The position numbers were made by a program, and so were the translations under genes. A stretch of 64,000 nucleotides of DNA, taken from Candidatus Omnitrophota bacterium. Lineage in GTDB: Bacteria > Omnitrophota > Gorgyraeia > Ghiorseimicrobiales > Ghiorseimicrobiaceae. Positions 37,615-47,984 of this stretch are shown here, piece after piece (positions within the stretch are counted from its first letter, which is position 1; every line of letters begins with the position of its first letter). The notes under the pieces are model-generated. The model did no database searches and was not told where the DNA came from. It saw only the letters and a list, made by a program, of their open reading frames with translations. The DNA lies in the NCBI GenBank assembly GCA_030681595.1, contig JAUXSB010000055.1, positions 64,364-128,363 of the forward strand. The letters are read 5' to 3'.

Positions 37615-38895
37615 ATGTCCTCTCGTCTCATAACTATTTTTTTCTCGGCCATATTTTTTTTCTGCATCTTGTTTAATCTAGCTATTGCTGACGAAATCCT
37701 CACTTGGCAGGATTGCGTAAGGGAAGCGGCGAAGAATCATCCGGATTTGATTTCGGCAGAGGAGAAGGTAAAGCAGTCAGAGGCGGATAAGAAAATTACG
37801 GGAAGCGCGCTTTTGCCGCAAGTAGACGGCACAGTGAGCGCATCTACCGCAAAGACGGATACGGGAACTACAAGTAGCACCACCGATAGCTATTCTTATG
37901 GGGCAAGCGGGACACAGCTGTTGTTTGACGGGACAAAGTCTATAAATGAAGTTAAGTCTGCGGCGGAAGATATTAAGGCGGCGCAGTTTAATTATAAATT
38001 TGTCTCAAGCAATGTGCGCCTGCGGTTGAGGAGCGCATTTATCAATTTATTAAGGGCGCAGGAGCTTGCGCGTATCACCGAAGAAATTTTTGATATCCGG
38101 CGTTCAAATTTAGTTTCTATAACTTTGCGTTATGAATCAGGTCTTGAGCATAAAGGGGCGCTTCTTACCTCTGAGGCAAATTTGGCGCAGGCTAGTCTTG
38201 AAATAGCCCAGGCAAAAAGAGAGCTTGAGCTTCGCCAGAGAGAGCTTGTCAAGGAAATGGGCCGCGACGAGGTTAACCCGGTCAAAGTATCCGGTGATTT
38301 TGAAGTCGCAAACGCTGAAAGAGAAAAACCGGACTTTGCAGTACTCATCAAAAACAATCCTTCCTTATTAAAAACTATTTCCCAGAAAACCTCGGCTGAG
38401 TTTGGGCTTAAATCAAATTACGCGGAATTTTATCCTTCGCTTTCAGCAAAGGCAGGTACAAGTAAAAGCGGCGCGAACTTTCTTCCTGAGAATGACCAGT
38501 GGAATATGGGGCTTGCGCTGTCATACCCTTTATTTGAGGGGGGCTTACGTTCTGCCAAGATAAGTAAAGCAGAGGCATTGTTAAACCAGTTAAAGGCTGA
38601 TGAAAAAAGTACAAAAGACGTCTTAACACTTGCCTTGGAAGAGGCATGGGTAGGATTGCAGGATGCGATAGATAATGTTAGCGTACAGAAAAAGTTTTTG
38701 CAGGCGGTAGAGGCGCGCGCTGTGATTTCCGAAGCGCAATATTCTTTGGGTTTGATTAAATTTGATGACTGGACGATTATTGAAGATGATTTAGTGAGGA
38801 AGAAAAAAAGTTTCTTGGATGCCGAGGCAGAGGCACTTTTAGCCGAGGCGAATTGGGTGCAGGCAAAAGGAGAGGTGTTATATGTTAAAAATTAA
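37615..38895 (+). CDS. TolC-like outer-membrane efflux protein
   Basis: Signal peptide and two repeated coiled-coil/beta-barrel halves (YPLFEGG motif). Confidence 0.7.
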   Translation: MSSRLITIFFSAIFFFCILFNLAIADEILTWQDCVREAAKNHPDLISAEEKVKQSEADKKITGSALLPQVDGTVSASTAKTDTGTTSSTTDSYSYGASGTQLLFDGTKSINEVKSAAEDIKAAQFNYKFVSSNVRLRLRSAFINLLRAQELARITEEIFDIRRSNLVSITLRYESGLEHKGALLTSEANLAQASLEIAQAKRELELRQRELVKEMGRDEVNPVKVSGDFEVANAEREKPDFAVLIKNNPSLLKTISQKTSAEFGLKSNYAEFYPSLSAKAGTSKSGANFLPENDQWNMGLALSYPLFEGGLRSAKISKAEALLNQLKADEKSTKDVLTLALEEAWVGLQDAIDNVSVQKKFLQAVEARAVISEAQYSLGLIKFDDWTIIEDDLVRKKKSFLDAEAEALLAEANWVQAKGEVLYVKN

Positions 38896-39847
38896 AATCG
38901 CGGTGGTTTTGGCCGTTGTGATTATAGTGGGAGTTTTTTTGTTTTATAGAAGTAGCAATAAATCTTCTTACAAAGAGGCAAAGGAGATAACACCTGCGCG
39001 TGGGTCAATCCAGTCAATTATCTCGACGACCGGAACAATCCTGCCGAAAAACCGGCTTGAGGTTAAGCCTCCTGTGGGCGGGCGCGCCGAAGAGCTCTTG
39101 GTAAAAGAGGGCGATAAGGTAAGGGTGGGCCAGATACTTGCCTGGATAAGCTCGACGGAAAGAGCAGCTCTTCTTGATGCGGCGCGCGGCAAAGGTGAGG
39201 AACAGCTTAAATACTGGCAGGATACCTATAAGCCGATACCGCTTATCTCACCTATTGACGGCGAGGTGATTGTGGCAAAGACGCAGGCAGGACAGACGAT
39301 TACGGCTGCTGACGCGGTGGTGGTTTTATCCGACCAGCTGATTACACGGGCGCAGGTAGATGAGACTGATATCGGAAAGATTAAAGAAGGGCAGAGTGCA
39401 GTAATTACGCTCGATGCCTATCCGGAAGTAAAAATCAAAGGGATGGTCGAGCATATATATTATGAATCAAAGACGGTAAATAACGTGACGGTATATGAGG
39501 TAGATGTTACCCCGGATGAAGTGCCGGGATTTTTCCGCTCGGGGATGAACGCGGAAATAGATTTTAAGGAAAAAACTAATGATAACGCCCTGCTCTTGCC
39601 GCAGGAGGCAGTGCATCATGATAAAAATTCAGCCTGGGTATTGGTCAAACAGGCAGGCAGTACAGAATCGATAAAAACTAAGGTGGAATTGGGGATTAGC
39701 GATGATAAGAACGTGGAGATTGTTTCCGGATTAAGTGAGAGCGACATCGTGGTTGTGGATTCTAAAAAATACGAACTGCCTAAGAATGATGCCGGGACAA
39801 ATCCTTTTATGCCGTCTAGGCGCCGTCCTTCTAATCAGGGACGTTAA
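38882..39847 (+). CDS. macA: Periplasmic adaptor (HlyD/MacA-like membrane fusion protein)
   Basis: N-terminal TM anchor and biotinyl-lipoyl-like hairpin (VKEGDKVRVGQILA). Overlaps the tolC stop. Confidence 0.7.
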   Translation: MLKIKIAVVLAVVIIVGVFLFYRSSNKSSYKEAKEITPARGSIQSIISTTGTILPKNRLEVKPPVGGRAEELLVKEGDKVRVGQILAWISSTERAALLDAARGKGEEQLKYWQDTYKPIPLISPIDGEVIVAKTQAGQTITAADAVVVLSDQLITRAQVDETDIGKIKEGQSAVITLDAYPEVKIKGMVEHIYYESKTVNNVTVYEVDVTPDEVPGFFRSGMNAEIDFKEKTNDNALLLPQEAVHHDKNSAWVLVKQAGSTESIKTKVELGISDDKNVEIVSGLSESDIVVVDSKKYELPKNDAGTNPFMPSRRRPSNQGR

Positions 39848-39858
39848 GGTAAAATAGT

Positions 39859-41823
39859 ATGATTGAATTAAAAAATATATCCAAGACATACCAGATGGGC
39901 AAGGTGGAAGTAAAGGCCCTAGAGGGAGTAACGCTTACAATTAATCCCGGCGAATTTGTCGCGATTATGGGGCCGTCGGGCTCTGGTAAATCTACGTTGA
40001 TGCATGTTATTGGCTTATTGGACAAGCCGGATAGTGGTGAGTATCAGCTTTGCGGGAAATCAATGCAGAATTTAAGCGATGAACAGGCGGCGTTGTTGCG
40101 TAACCGTATTATCGGCTTTATTTTTCAGCAGTTTCATCTCCTGCCGCGGATGAATGTCTTGGATAATACATGCCTGCCGCTAATCTATGCCGGGAAGCGC
40201 GCGCTTAAAGACAAGGCAAGGGAAAAGATTAATCAGGTAGGCCTCTCTGATCGTATTTTGCATCGGCCGAATGAACTTTCCGGTGGCCAGCAGCAGCGTG
40301 CGGCAATCGCGCGCTCATTAGTGAATGAGCCGTTTCTCATCCTTGCTGATGAGCCGACCGGCAACCTTGATACAAAAAGCCGGGAAGAGATACTTTCCGT
40401 GTTAAAAGAGCTTAATCAGAAGGGGAAGACTGTTATTATCGTAACCCATGAAAGCGAAGTGGCTGCATATGCTAAGCGCGTGATTAGCATGCGCGACGGA
40501 AAGATTATCTCCGATAAATATAACGGGGTAAAACCGCAGAATAAAGATTTATCGCGCATGAAAGAGGCATGCGATATTGTAACGCAATCTCACCATAAAG
40601 TTGGAAAAGCGGAATTTAGCGATTTTCTGCGTCAGGCAATAATCGCGATGCTTGCACATAAAGGGCGTTCGTTTCTTTCGATTTTGGGGATTTTAATCGG
40701 CGTTGCCGCGGTTATCGCCATGTTGGCGCTGGGTACAGGAGCAAAAGAGTCCATTGAAAAGCAGCTGGCTTCTTTAGGGTCAAATCTTTTGGTAGTCAGG
40801 CCCGGTTCTTCTCAGATGCATGGCGTGGCCATAGAGGCTGGTTCAGTTACCCGGTTTACCTTTAGCGATGTTACGGCTATAGGCAGATTGACTGATGTGG
40901 TGCGCAGGGTCAGTCCGGCGGTTAACGGCCGGGCGCAGTTAGTCTATGGTAACCAAAATTGGAATACGCAGGTAGAAGGCGTGGGCCTTGAATATGAAGA
41001 GATGCGCAATTCCTCACCCGCAGTAGGGAGATTTTTTAGCGAAGAAGAATTACGCATGCGCGAAAAGGTGGCAATTTTGGGGACAACTGTGGCGCGTGAG
41101 CTTTTCGGCGAGAATAACCCGGTAGGTGAGGCTATAAAAATAAACCTGCTAAATTTTAGAGTTATCGGAGTGTTGCCGACAAAAGGGGCAAACGCTTTTC
41201 GCGATCAGGACGATAATATTCTTATTCCAGTAACCACGGCAATGTTCCGGCTCTTAGGTAAGGAATACATAGATACGATTTATGTGGAAGTAAATGATGC
41301 AGGCAAAATGTCTGAAGCGCAGGATACGATTTCAAAATTGATTATTAAGCTGCATAGGCTAAAAAAGGATGAGGAAGATTCATTTCAAATCCGTAATATG
41401 TCGGATATCAGGGCGACACTTGAAGCAACCACCAAGACGATGTCGATGCTCTTGGGTGCTATTGCCGCGATTTCCCTTTTAGTCGGCGGCATAGGGATTA
41501 TGAATATTATGCTTGTATCAGTTAGTGAACGCACGAGGGAAATCGGCCTACGCAAGGCAATAGGGGCAACTAATAATGATATAATGTTTCAGTTCCTAGT
41601 CGAGGCAGTATTAATGTCATGTCTCGGCGGGATCATCGGGATAATCTTAGGCAGCGGGATAGCGATACTGATTACATTCTTTGCTGGCTGGGCGGTAAGG
41701 ATTTCTTTATCTTCGGTAATTCTTGCCACTGCCTTTTCCGTGATTGTCGGAGTGGTCTTTGGCTTATGGCCTGCCCGTCAAGCCGCCCGCCTTAACCCGA
41801 TTGAAGCATTAAGGTATGAGTAA
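39859..41823 (+). CDS. macB: MacB-type ABC transporter, fused ATPase and FtsX permease
   Basis: Walker [10 protein letters not shown], signature LSGGQQQR and Walker B ILADEPT, followed by a C-terminal FtsX-like four-TM permease. Confidence 0.85.
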   Translation: MIELKNISKTYQMGKVEVKALEGVTLTINPGEFVAIMGPSGSGKSTLMHVIGLLDKPDSGEYQLCGKSMQNLSDEQAALLRNRIIGFIFQQFHLLPRMNVLDNTCLPLIYAGKRALKDKAREKINQVGLSDRILHRPNELSGGQQQRAAIARSLVNEPFLILADEPTGNLDTKSREEILSVLKELNQKGKTVIIVTHESEVAAYAKRVISMRDGKIISDKYNGVKPQNKDLSRMKEACDIVTQSHHKVGKAEFSDFLRQAIIAMLAHKGRSFLSILGILIGVAAVIAMLALGTGAKESIEKQLASLGSNLLVVRPGSSQMHGVAIEAGSVTRFTFSDVTAIGRLTDVVRRVSPAVNGRAQLVYGNQNWNTQVEGVGLEYEEMRNSSPAVGRFFSEEELRMREKVAILGTTVARELFGENNPVGEAIKINLLNFRVIGVLPTKGANAFRDQDDNILIPVTTAMFRLLGKEYIDTIYVEVNDAGKMSEAQDTISKLIIKLHRLKKDEEDSFQIRNMSDIRATLEATTKTMSMLLGAIAAISLLVGGIGIMNIMLVSVSERTREIGLRKAIGATNNDIMFQFLVEAVLMSCLGGIIGIILGSGIAILITFFAGWAVRISLSSVILATAFSVIVGVVFGLWPARQAARLNPIEALRYE

Positions 41824-41889
41824 TGAGCGGGGGCAGCATAATGTTTGACAAGCTTAAATATCGTGATATACTAATACATGAGAAAGATT

Positions 41890-41925
41890 AGAAAATCTTA
41901 AGCCGCAGAAGGAAGATAGCTAATC
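41890..41925 (+). terminator. Weak hairpin plus T-run after macB
   Basis: aagccg...cggctttttttcc. Confidence 0.4.
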
Positions 41926-42319
41926 TTTACGGCTTTTTTTCCGGCGCTTTCTAAAAAAGGAGCAGCCATCAAAAAAATAAAGACTTCATCTAAGGGCAGG
42001 AGATGCAAATTCCTGCATTGCAGGAATGTATTGAGTATTTATAATCACGAGATATACTGTCATACGCATTTAGGTAAGCTACCCGATGAGTATAGGGTTA
42101 AGGCGCTGGCCTCTGTATGACATAGAGGTAAAGAGTATAAATTGCAGAACAAGTATCGCGCGTACCCGCCATTAAAGCAAGCTTTAACCTATCACGTTTT
42201 CAATCGAACACATAGCCGCATCGCATTTTGCATGCCTAAAATGATTGCAATTATTTCATCGGGCTTTTAGCCGATTATTTATCGGCAAGCGGTATGCGGG
42301 AAAAATCGGCAGAGGAAAT

Positions 42320-43891
42320 ATGTTTGATTCTTCCAAGAAAAGAAAAAGATTTAGACTCATAATTCCGGCGTACCCCGCTTTTAACATTTATTCGGGTATA
42401 GCCAATAGAACTACAGCGCTAGGCCCGGTATGTATTGCGACTGTTGTGAATAAAATGGAAGGATGGGATGCTGAGGTTGTTGATGAGAATAACCTGCGTA
42501 GATACGGGCCAAAAGGTGCATCCTTCGGAGCCGACCATGAATTTTTACAGAACTTACGGCCCGTAGATGTTGTTGGGTTCTATGGCGGCTTAACAAGCAC
42601 TATGCTCCGGCTCTATGAAATAGCCCGTTTTTACAAAGATAAAGGTGTCGTAACTATTGCCGGAGGCCAGCATTTTGTTGAAGATAATATCGCTGATGCC
42701 CTGTCTTCTAGCATTGATTATGTGGTAATCGGAGAGGGAGAAGAAACAATCAGAGAGCTTTTAGGCGCTATAGAAGCTAACTTAGAGATAAATAAAGTCA
42801 AAGGCATTGCCTATTTAAATAATGGCCGGGTTATATTGACTTCCAAGAGAGAGCACCTGACTGATTTTGAAAAAATTCCCTTACCGGATTTTTCCTTAGT
42901 GCGCTATGCTAAGATTCAAATATATCCTGTCGGAAGAATACGCGGCTGTGGCATGGATTGCGAGTTTTGCACGGTGAAAGGGAAGCCGCGGTATGCTCCG
43001 CCGGAAAGGCTTCTTGAGCAGATCAGTTTTCTTCTTGAGACTAAAGACGCCAGGAATTTTTTTATCGTTGATGATCTTTTTGGGCAGCAGCGGGATGAAA
43101 CAATAAGGTTCTGTAATATGCTCAGGGATTATCAAAAAAATGTAGGCACAAGGCTGGATTTAGCAGTTCAGATAAGGTTGGATAAAGCCAAAGACCATGA
43201 ACTTCTTTCTGCTATGCGCCAAGCGGGAATTAACATGGTGGCTATTGGCTTTGAGTCACCTATTAAAGAAGAACTAATCGCGATGAACAAACATCTGATG
43301 CCTGAGGATATGTTGGCCATGACAAGGATCTTTCATAAATTCGGATTTTTAGTGCATGGTATGTTTATCTTTGGCTATCCGTTGCAGGAAGGCGTAAATT
43401 TCAAAATGTCAGCCAAGGAGCGGGCAAAGCGTTTTAAAAGCTTCATAAAAAAAGCTAAAATTGACACAGTGCAAATTTTGTTGCCGACCCCTCTTTCCGG
43501 GACAGAATTAAGGCGTAGGCTTGCAGCGCAAAACCGGCTTTATGCACTTAGCGATCTTAGCTGGGAATATTATGACGGAAATTTCCCGCTTTTTGAGCCT
43601 GATGCGCCTATGACTGCTGAAGAAATGCAGGATTCTATTAGAAATATCATGGGGAAGTTTTATCAGTTTAAGTATATGTTTATGGTGGGTTTGCATATTT
43701 TTTCTTTTCCTGCCATGGTTTTCTTTTTGCATAATATCAGATTAGGGTGGAGAAAATGGTACAGGCTTTGGCGTAATGACTTGGCTCGTTTTGGCGGATG
43801 GCTTATTATGAAGCGTTGGCGCTCGCAGTTTAAAAAAGATACGTTTCTTGAAAGATTACAAAAAGCAAAAGCGCGCCTAAAAGTCAAATAA
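42320..43891 (+). CDS. B12-binding-domain radical SAM protein
   Basis: N-terminal B12-binding Rossmann region, then the CxxxCxxC motif GCGMDCEFC. The track ORF begins 75 nt upstream. Confidence 0.7.
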   Translation: MFDSSKKRKRFRLIIPAYPAFNIYSGIANRTTALGPVCIATVVNKMEGWDAEVVDENNLRRYGPKGASFGADHEFLQNLRPVDVVGFYGGLTSTMLRLYEIARFYKDKGVVTIAGGQHFVEDNIADALSSSIDYVVIGEGEETIRELLGAIEANLEINKVKGIAYLNNGRVILTSKREHLTDFEKIPLPDFSLVRYAKIQIYPVGRIRGCGMDCEFCTVKGKPRYAPPERLLEQISFLLETKDARNFFIVDDLFGQQRDETIRFCNMLRDYQKNVGTRLDLAVQIRLDKAKDHELLSAMRQAGINMVAIGFESPIKEELIAMNKHLMPEDMLAMTRIFHKFGFLVHGMFIFGYPLQEGVNFKMSAKERAKRFKSFIKKAKIDTVQILLPTPLSGTELRRRLAAQNRLYALSDLSWEYYDGNFPLFEPDAPMTAEEMQDSIRNIMGKFYQFKYMFMVGLHIFSFPAMVFFLHNIRLGWRKWYRLWRNDLARFGGWLIMKRWRSQFKKDTFLERLQKAKARLKVK

Positions 43892-43934
43892 GCGCTATAA
43901 TAAAAATTTGGTGTCGCTAAAGAAAGTTGGCCCC

Positions 43935-43992
43935 AGAACTAAGAATTTATTTATAACCTTAATATTACTAAATAGTTAAGCAGTTTTGACAC
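43935..43992. repeat. Family-1 intergenic repeat (full copy)
   Basis: cagaactaagaatttatttataaccttaatattactaaatagttaagcagttttgacac, aligned by eye to 28779..28833. Confidence 0.75.
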
Positions 43993-44069
43993 TAACTTGC
44001 GTGCCTGTGCGTAAAATAAGGTTTCTGTATCCGGTAAGAGTGTTTTATTAAAAAAAGAAAGGGGAACGA

Positions 44070-44588
44070 ATGAGCGAACAGTTTAAACATAATGATTCTT
44101 TACCTCATGTCTCAGCTGAGCAGGATGTGATGGCTTTGGTTAAAAAGATGCAACAGCAGTTGATCTCTTTAGAGAAGAAGATAGACATCTTGATCAACCA
44201 GTCTCAAGATAGGCCTTTTAGACAGAAGCCTTTTTCAAAACCTTTTCGGTCTTTCGGCCATCATCGTCGTCCCGAAAGAGAGCATGGTGATGCCTCCGAA
44301 GGAAAAAGCTTTGACCGCGCTCGCCATTTTGAGAAACGTCCTTACGGAGAAAAGAGAGGGTTTGGCTACAAGAAAGAGTCTTACGGTAATTATCGGGAAA
44401 GTAATTTTACCCCAGAGCGTCCTTTTAAGAAACGTTACGACCCAGAAAAGAGAGGGTTTGGCCGCAAGAGAGAGTCTTACGGTAATCCTCAGGAAAGTAC
44501 TTTTACCAAAGAGCATCATTTTGAGAAACGTTCCGGCCCAGAAAAGAGAGGGTTTGATCAAAAAAAGAAGCCGTTCCATCATAAGTAA
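44070..44588 (+). CDS. Basic, Cys-free repeat protein with E(K/R)RGFG repeats
   Basis: Four or more repeats of ...EKRGFGxKKESYGN.... pI very high. Possibly nucleic-acid binding. Confidence 0.4.
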   Translation: MSEQFKHNDSLPHVSAEQDVMALVKKMQQQLISLEKKIDILINQSQDRPFRQKPFSKPFRSFGHHRRPEREHGDASEGKSFDRARHFEKRPYGEKRGFGYKKESYGNYRESNFTPERPFKKRYDPEKRGFGRKRESYGNPQESTFTKEHHFEKRSGPEKRGFDQKKKPFHHK

Positions 44589-44661
44589 AAAGACCGGAGA
44601 TAAATAACCGGATAGTTCGTTAACTCGGTACCTAAAATAGGTACCCAAAAGAGGAGGGAAC

Positions 44662-44832
44662 ATGGGTTTTCAAGGCGGCGGGTATGGCGGATATGACAGG
44701 GGGCCACGAGAGATGCACAAGGCTGTTTGCTCGGAATGCAAGAAAGAGTGTGAAGTTCCTTTCAAGCCCAGTGCAGACCGTCCAATTTATTGCAAAGAGT
44801 GCTACTCAAAGCGAAAAGATAGCGGCCGCTAA
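44662..44832 (+). CDS. 56 aa Gly/Tyr-rich zinc-ribbon protein (CxxC-x16-CxxC)
   Basis: MGFQGGGYGGYDRGPREMHKAVCSECKKECEVPFKPSADRPIYCKECYSKR with an RBS aggagggaa. Not in the ORF track because it is under 60 aa. Confidence 0.4.
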   Translation: MGFQGGGYGGYDRGPREMHKAVCSECKKECEVPFKPSADRPIYCKECYSKRKDSGR

Positions 44833-45004
44833 AAGAGGCGCCGACTGGCGCAAAATCTCCTGTTTTTAAGGCTAGGGGGAAGAGGTTGCTAAAAGATAGC
44901 AATGCGTTTTTATTGCCAACGTATTTGGTGTCAGGACTCGTTATAAACAAGACGCTTTATATAACTATCTGTAAATCAAAGGATCATGAAATAAATATTT
45001 CTGC

Positions 45005-45136
45005 AAGCCAGAGGGCAGTGGTTTGGCTTTCAATATAGCCACAAGCCACAAGCCAGAGGGCAGTGGTTTGGCGCGCAATTTGCCAAAGCCACAAGCCAGA
45101 GGGCAGTGGTTTGGCGCGCAATTTGCCAAAGCCACG
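45005..45136. repeat. Tandem array, about 2.7 copies, of a 43 bp unit each containing a short hairpin
   Basis: Unit aagccagagggcagtggtttggcgcgcaatttgccaaagccac. Two perfect copies at 45051..45093 and 45094..45136, one partial copy before. The unit contains the inverted repeat tttggc/gccaaa. Confidence 0.8.
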
Positions 45137-45232
45137 AAAGCCGTATTTATTTTATAGCATCTTGATAATTATAGGGTTATATAAAGCGTCTTCTATTCTA
45201 TTGTCTTCTATTTTTATTTTCTATTTTAATAA

Positions 45233-45901
45233 ATGACTGAAATCCGAATAGATAAACTTCTTAGATCAAGAAGGCGTACTATAGAGTTAGAAGTTAGCCA
45301 AGACGCCAAGCTCGTTGTTCGTGCACCACTTCATGTCCCAGTAGAAGATATACAAAACATACTACTAAAGAAGCGGGATTGGATTATTGAAAAGCAGGCA
45401 TTTCTACGAAAGCGCAAGGATCAATATATCCCAAAAAAGTTCATCAATGGCGAAAGCTTTTACTATCTTGGAAAACCATACCGGCTTAATTTGATAAATG
45501 AAGGCACGATTAGGCTAACTGATTATTTAGAATTTCCAAGTGCCTTGCTTTCAGATGCGCATCACCAGTTAACTCAGTGGTACAAAGCCGTTGCTTATGA
45601 AAATATAAAGGAAAGAGCCGAGCTATATTCTAAAATAATTGGTTTATCGTACGAAAGAGTAAAAATCTCCGACGCTAAGAAGAGATTTGGCTCCTGCAGC
45701 GTAAGAGGTAATTTGAATTTTAGTTGGAGGATTATTATGTCTCCGCTTTATGTAATTGATTATGTTGTGGTGCATGAGCTCATACATCTAGAGGAGCATA
45801 ATCATTCACAAAGATTTTGGCAAAAAGTTAAGCGCATTTTTCCGGGGTATCAACAAGCAAAAGAGTGGTTAAAGGAAAACGATCATTTATTAAAGATATG
45901 A
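45233..45901 (+). CDS. YgjP/DUF45-type (M48/WLM-like) HExxH metal-dependent hydrolase
   Basis: [16 protein letters not shown] motif near the C-terminus. Confidence 0.7.
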   Translation: MTEIRIDKLLRSRRRTIELEVSQDAKLVVRAPLHVPVEDIQNILLKKRDWIIEKQAFLRKRKDQYIPKKFINGESFYYLGKPYRLNLINEGTIRLTDYLEFPSALLSDAHHQLTQWYKAVAYENIKERAELYSKIIGLSYERVKISDAKKRFGSCSVRGNLNFSWRIIMSPLYVIDYVVVHELIHLEEHNHSQRFWQKVKRIFPGYQQAKEWLKENDHLLKI

Positions 45902-46314
45902 AATCTTATACACAGTATTTAGTTTTTAATACCAAAAGTAGGCGGGAGTTTATTAACGTTACACCTCAGATTGAGGAAGCGGTCAAAAAGAGCGGGATAA
46001 AAGAAGGGCTTTGCCTGGTGAACGCAATGCATATTACCGCCAGCATCTTTATTAATGACGATGAAGGCGGCTTGCACCAAGATTTTAGCCATTGGTTAGA
46101 GGGCTTGGCACCTTACGGAAAAGAAAAATATAAGCATAACTTAACCGGCGAAGACAACGCTGATGCGCATCTGAAAAGGACGGTTATGGGCAGAGAAGTT
46201 ACCGTGGCTGTTAGCGCAGGAAAATTGGATTTTGGGCCATGGGAACAGATATTTTACGGCGAATTTGACGGCGGGCGCAGGAAGCAGGTATTGATTAAGA
46301 TCATCGGGGAATGA
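45898..46314 (+). CDS. yjbQ: YjbQ/UPF0047 family protein
   Basis: [16 protein letters not shown]...[18 protein letters not shown] matches the UPF0047 signature. ATG overlaps the upstream stop. Confidence 0.75.
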   Translation: MKSYTQYLVFNTKSRREFINVTPQIEEAVKKSGIKEGLCLVNAMHITASIFINDDEGGLHQDFSHWLEGLAPYGKEKYKHNLTGEDNADAHLKRTVMGREVTVAVSAGKLDFGPWEQIFYGEFDGGRRKQVLIKIIGE

Positions 46315-46838
46315 TAGCCAAACAAAGAGGGCATAAAATGGATGCGATAGAGTTGATAAAAATTAGAAGGAGTATCAGAGAATATCAGGATAAGCCCATA
46401 CCAAAAGAAATTTTAGAAACGATAGTAGACGCCGCCCGGTTTGCTCCTACAGCCAGGGGAGTAGAGCCTTGGGAATTTATTGTGATTACTAAGCCGCAAA
46501 CGCTTGAGAAATTAGCCGGACTAGCAGATAACGGCAGATTTATTCTGCAGGCTAAGGCCTGTATCGCGGTTTTCTGTAATGATACCAAATATTATTTAGA
46601 AGACGGTTGCGCTGCCACGCAAAATATCCTCCTATCTGCGGCGAGTTTGGGCATCGGGTCTTGTTGGGTAGCCGGAGATAAAAAGCCGTATTGCCTTGAG
46701 GTGGGTAAATTGCTAGGGGTTCGCGATACTCTCAAGCTTGTTAGTTTAGTTTCTTTGGGGTATCCTAAAACGCAAAATGCTTTTAAGGTAGCAGAGAAAA
46801 GAAGCCTGCGGGAAGTGCTCCATTGGGAAAAATTTTGA
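46311..46838 (+). CDS. Nitroreductase-family protein
   Basis: [13 protein letters not shown] and [12 protein letters not shown] motifs of the NADH oxidase/nitroreductase fold. Confidence 0.75.
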   Translation: MIAKQRGHKMDAIELIKIRRSIREYQDKPIPKEILETIVDAARFAPTARGVEPWEFIVITKPQTLEKLAGLADNGRFILQAKACIAVFCNDTKYYLEDGCAATQNILLSAASLGIGSCWVAGDKKPYCLEVGKLLGVRDTLKLVSLVSLGYPKTQNAFKVAEKRSLREVLHWEKF

Positions 46839-46857
46839 AGTATTCATTATCTACATA

Positions 46858-47091
46858 AATAGTCAATCTTGCCCTGACATCAAAATCAAAGACAGATATT
46901 ATTACAATCGCGGCGATTACGGACAAATGAATAATCCGGTCACTGTTCCTGAGGGGCAGTATTATGTTTTGGGCGATAATAGCGCATCAAGTAATGACAG
47001 TCGTTATTGGGGTTTTGTTCCGAAGGAAAATCTTATCGGCAAGATTTATAAAATTTACTGGCCACTAAATAGATCTGGAGCCGTGGAGTAA
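46858..47091 (+). pseudogene. lepB: 3' remnant of a signal peptidase I (lepB) gene with no start codon or catalytic N-terminal half
   Basis: The open frame encodes ...[39 protein letters not shown], the conserved SPase I C-terminal box, and begins directly after an in-frame stop. Confidence 0.55.
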
Positions 47092-47141
47092 GGTAAAATA
47101 CAGGAATTCCATGGAAACAATACTTAATTTTAATATTTACT

Positions 47142-47867
47142 ATGTTTAAGAAAATAATTTTAGCGTTCTTGTTTATATTACTTGTAGGCTATGCTGTGTT
47201 TTTTATGCTAAACCACAAAACGGAAGTTGTCGTAGATATTAAAACATTTACGCCAGTTTACTTTGCCTGGCCTGCGTCGCATGAAGGTGTAAGCAATATC
47301 TTAGTTACCGATAAACCATATTTTATTAAAAATGAACCTATCTATTACGGAAACCGACAGGTTTATGGATGCATGAATCTGGGAAATTATGAATACAACC
47401 AATATTGTTTTGCTATTGATATAGCTACTCCTGAAAACACTGTTATGTATTTTGATTTTAATCAAAACTATAATTTAACTGATGACGGCGGCCCGTTAAT
47501 CAACCAGGGGGCTTTTAAAAAAAATAGCCTTGGTTTTGCGGCCACGTTGTCAATCCCCTGGCAGCAAGTAATGGCTTATTCTCCGTTTGAAGGTGCTTTT
47601 GATATCTGGTTTTATGCCAACGAAGACGCAGGAGCGCTTAGAACGTTCAGTCATTATAGCCGTACTCAACTTGAGGGATATATTCCTATCGGCAAAAAGT
47701 TTTATCATGCCTATATCGCAGATAATGATATTAATGATGCCGATCTTACTAACGACGGTATTTCTATTGAGGTTAAGCAAGGTAAATGGCTAAAATTATC
47801 TAACGAAGAAATAGGTAAAACAGCTGTAATTAACGGCAAAAAGTTTATACTTAGGATCTTGTATTAG
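47142..47867 (+). CDS. Hypothetical secreted or membrane-anchored protein
   Basis: N-terminal hydrophobic segment. No motif recognised. Confidence 0.35.
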   Translation: MFKKIILAFLFILLVGYAVFFMLNHKTEVVVDIKTFTPVYFAWPASHEGVSNILVTDKPYFIKNEPIYYGNRQVYGCMNLGNYEYNQYCFAIDIATPENTVMYFDFNQNYNLTDDGGPLINQGAFKKNSLGFAATLSIPWQQVMAYSPFEGAFDIWFYANEDAGALRTFSHYSRTQLEGYIPIGKKFYHAYIADNDINDADLTNDGISIEVKQGKWLKLSNEEIGKTAVINGKKFILRILY

Positions 47868-47984
47868 TAAATATATAAGAATTCAGGGATCTGGCCAGGG
47901 AATATTGTTAATTTGAAAGATAAATTAGTTTTCTGTTATAATAGTACAGCGCTAAGTAAGTAAAATTATTACTTCAAAAAACAG

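Noticed and set aside
45005-45136. Possible mini-CRISPR array
   Set aside because: The units are directly abutting and fully identical, including the would-be spacers, and no cas genes are nearby. It is a tandem repeat.
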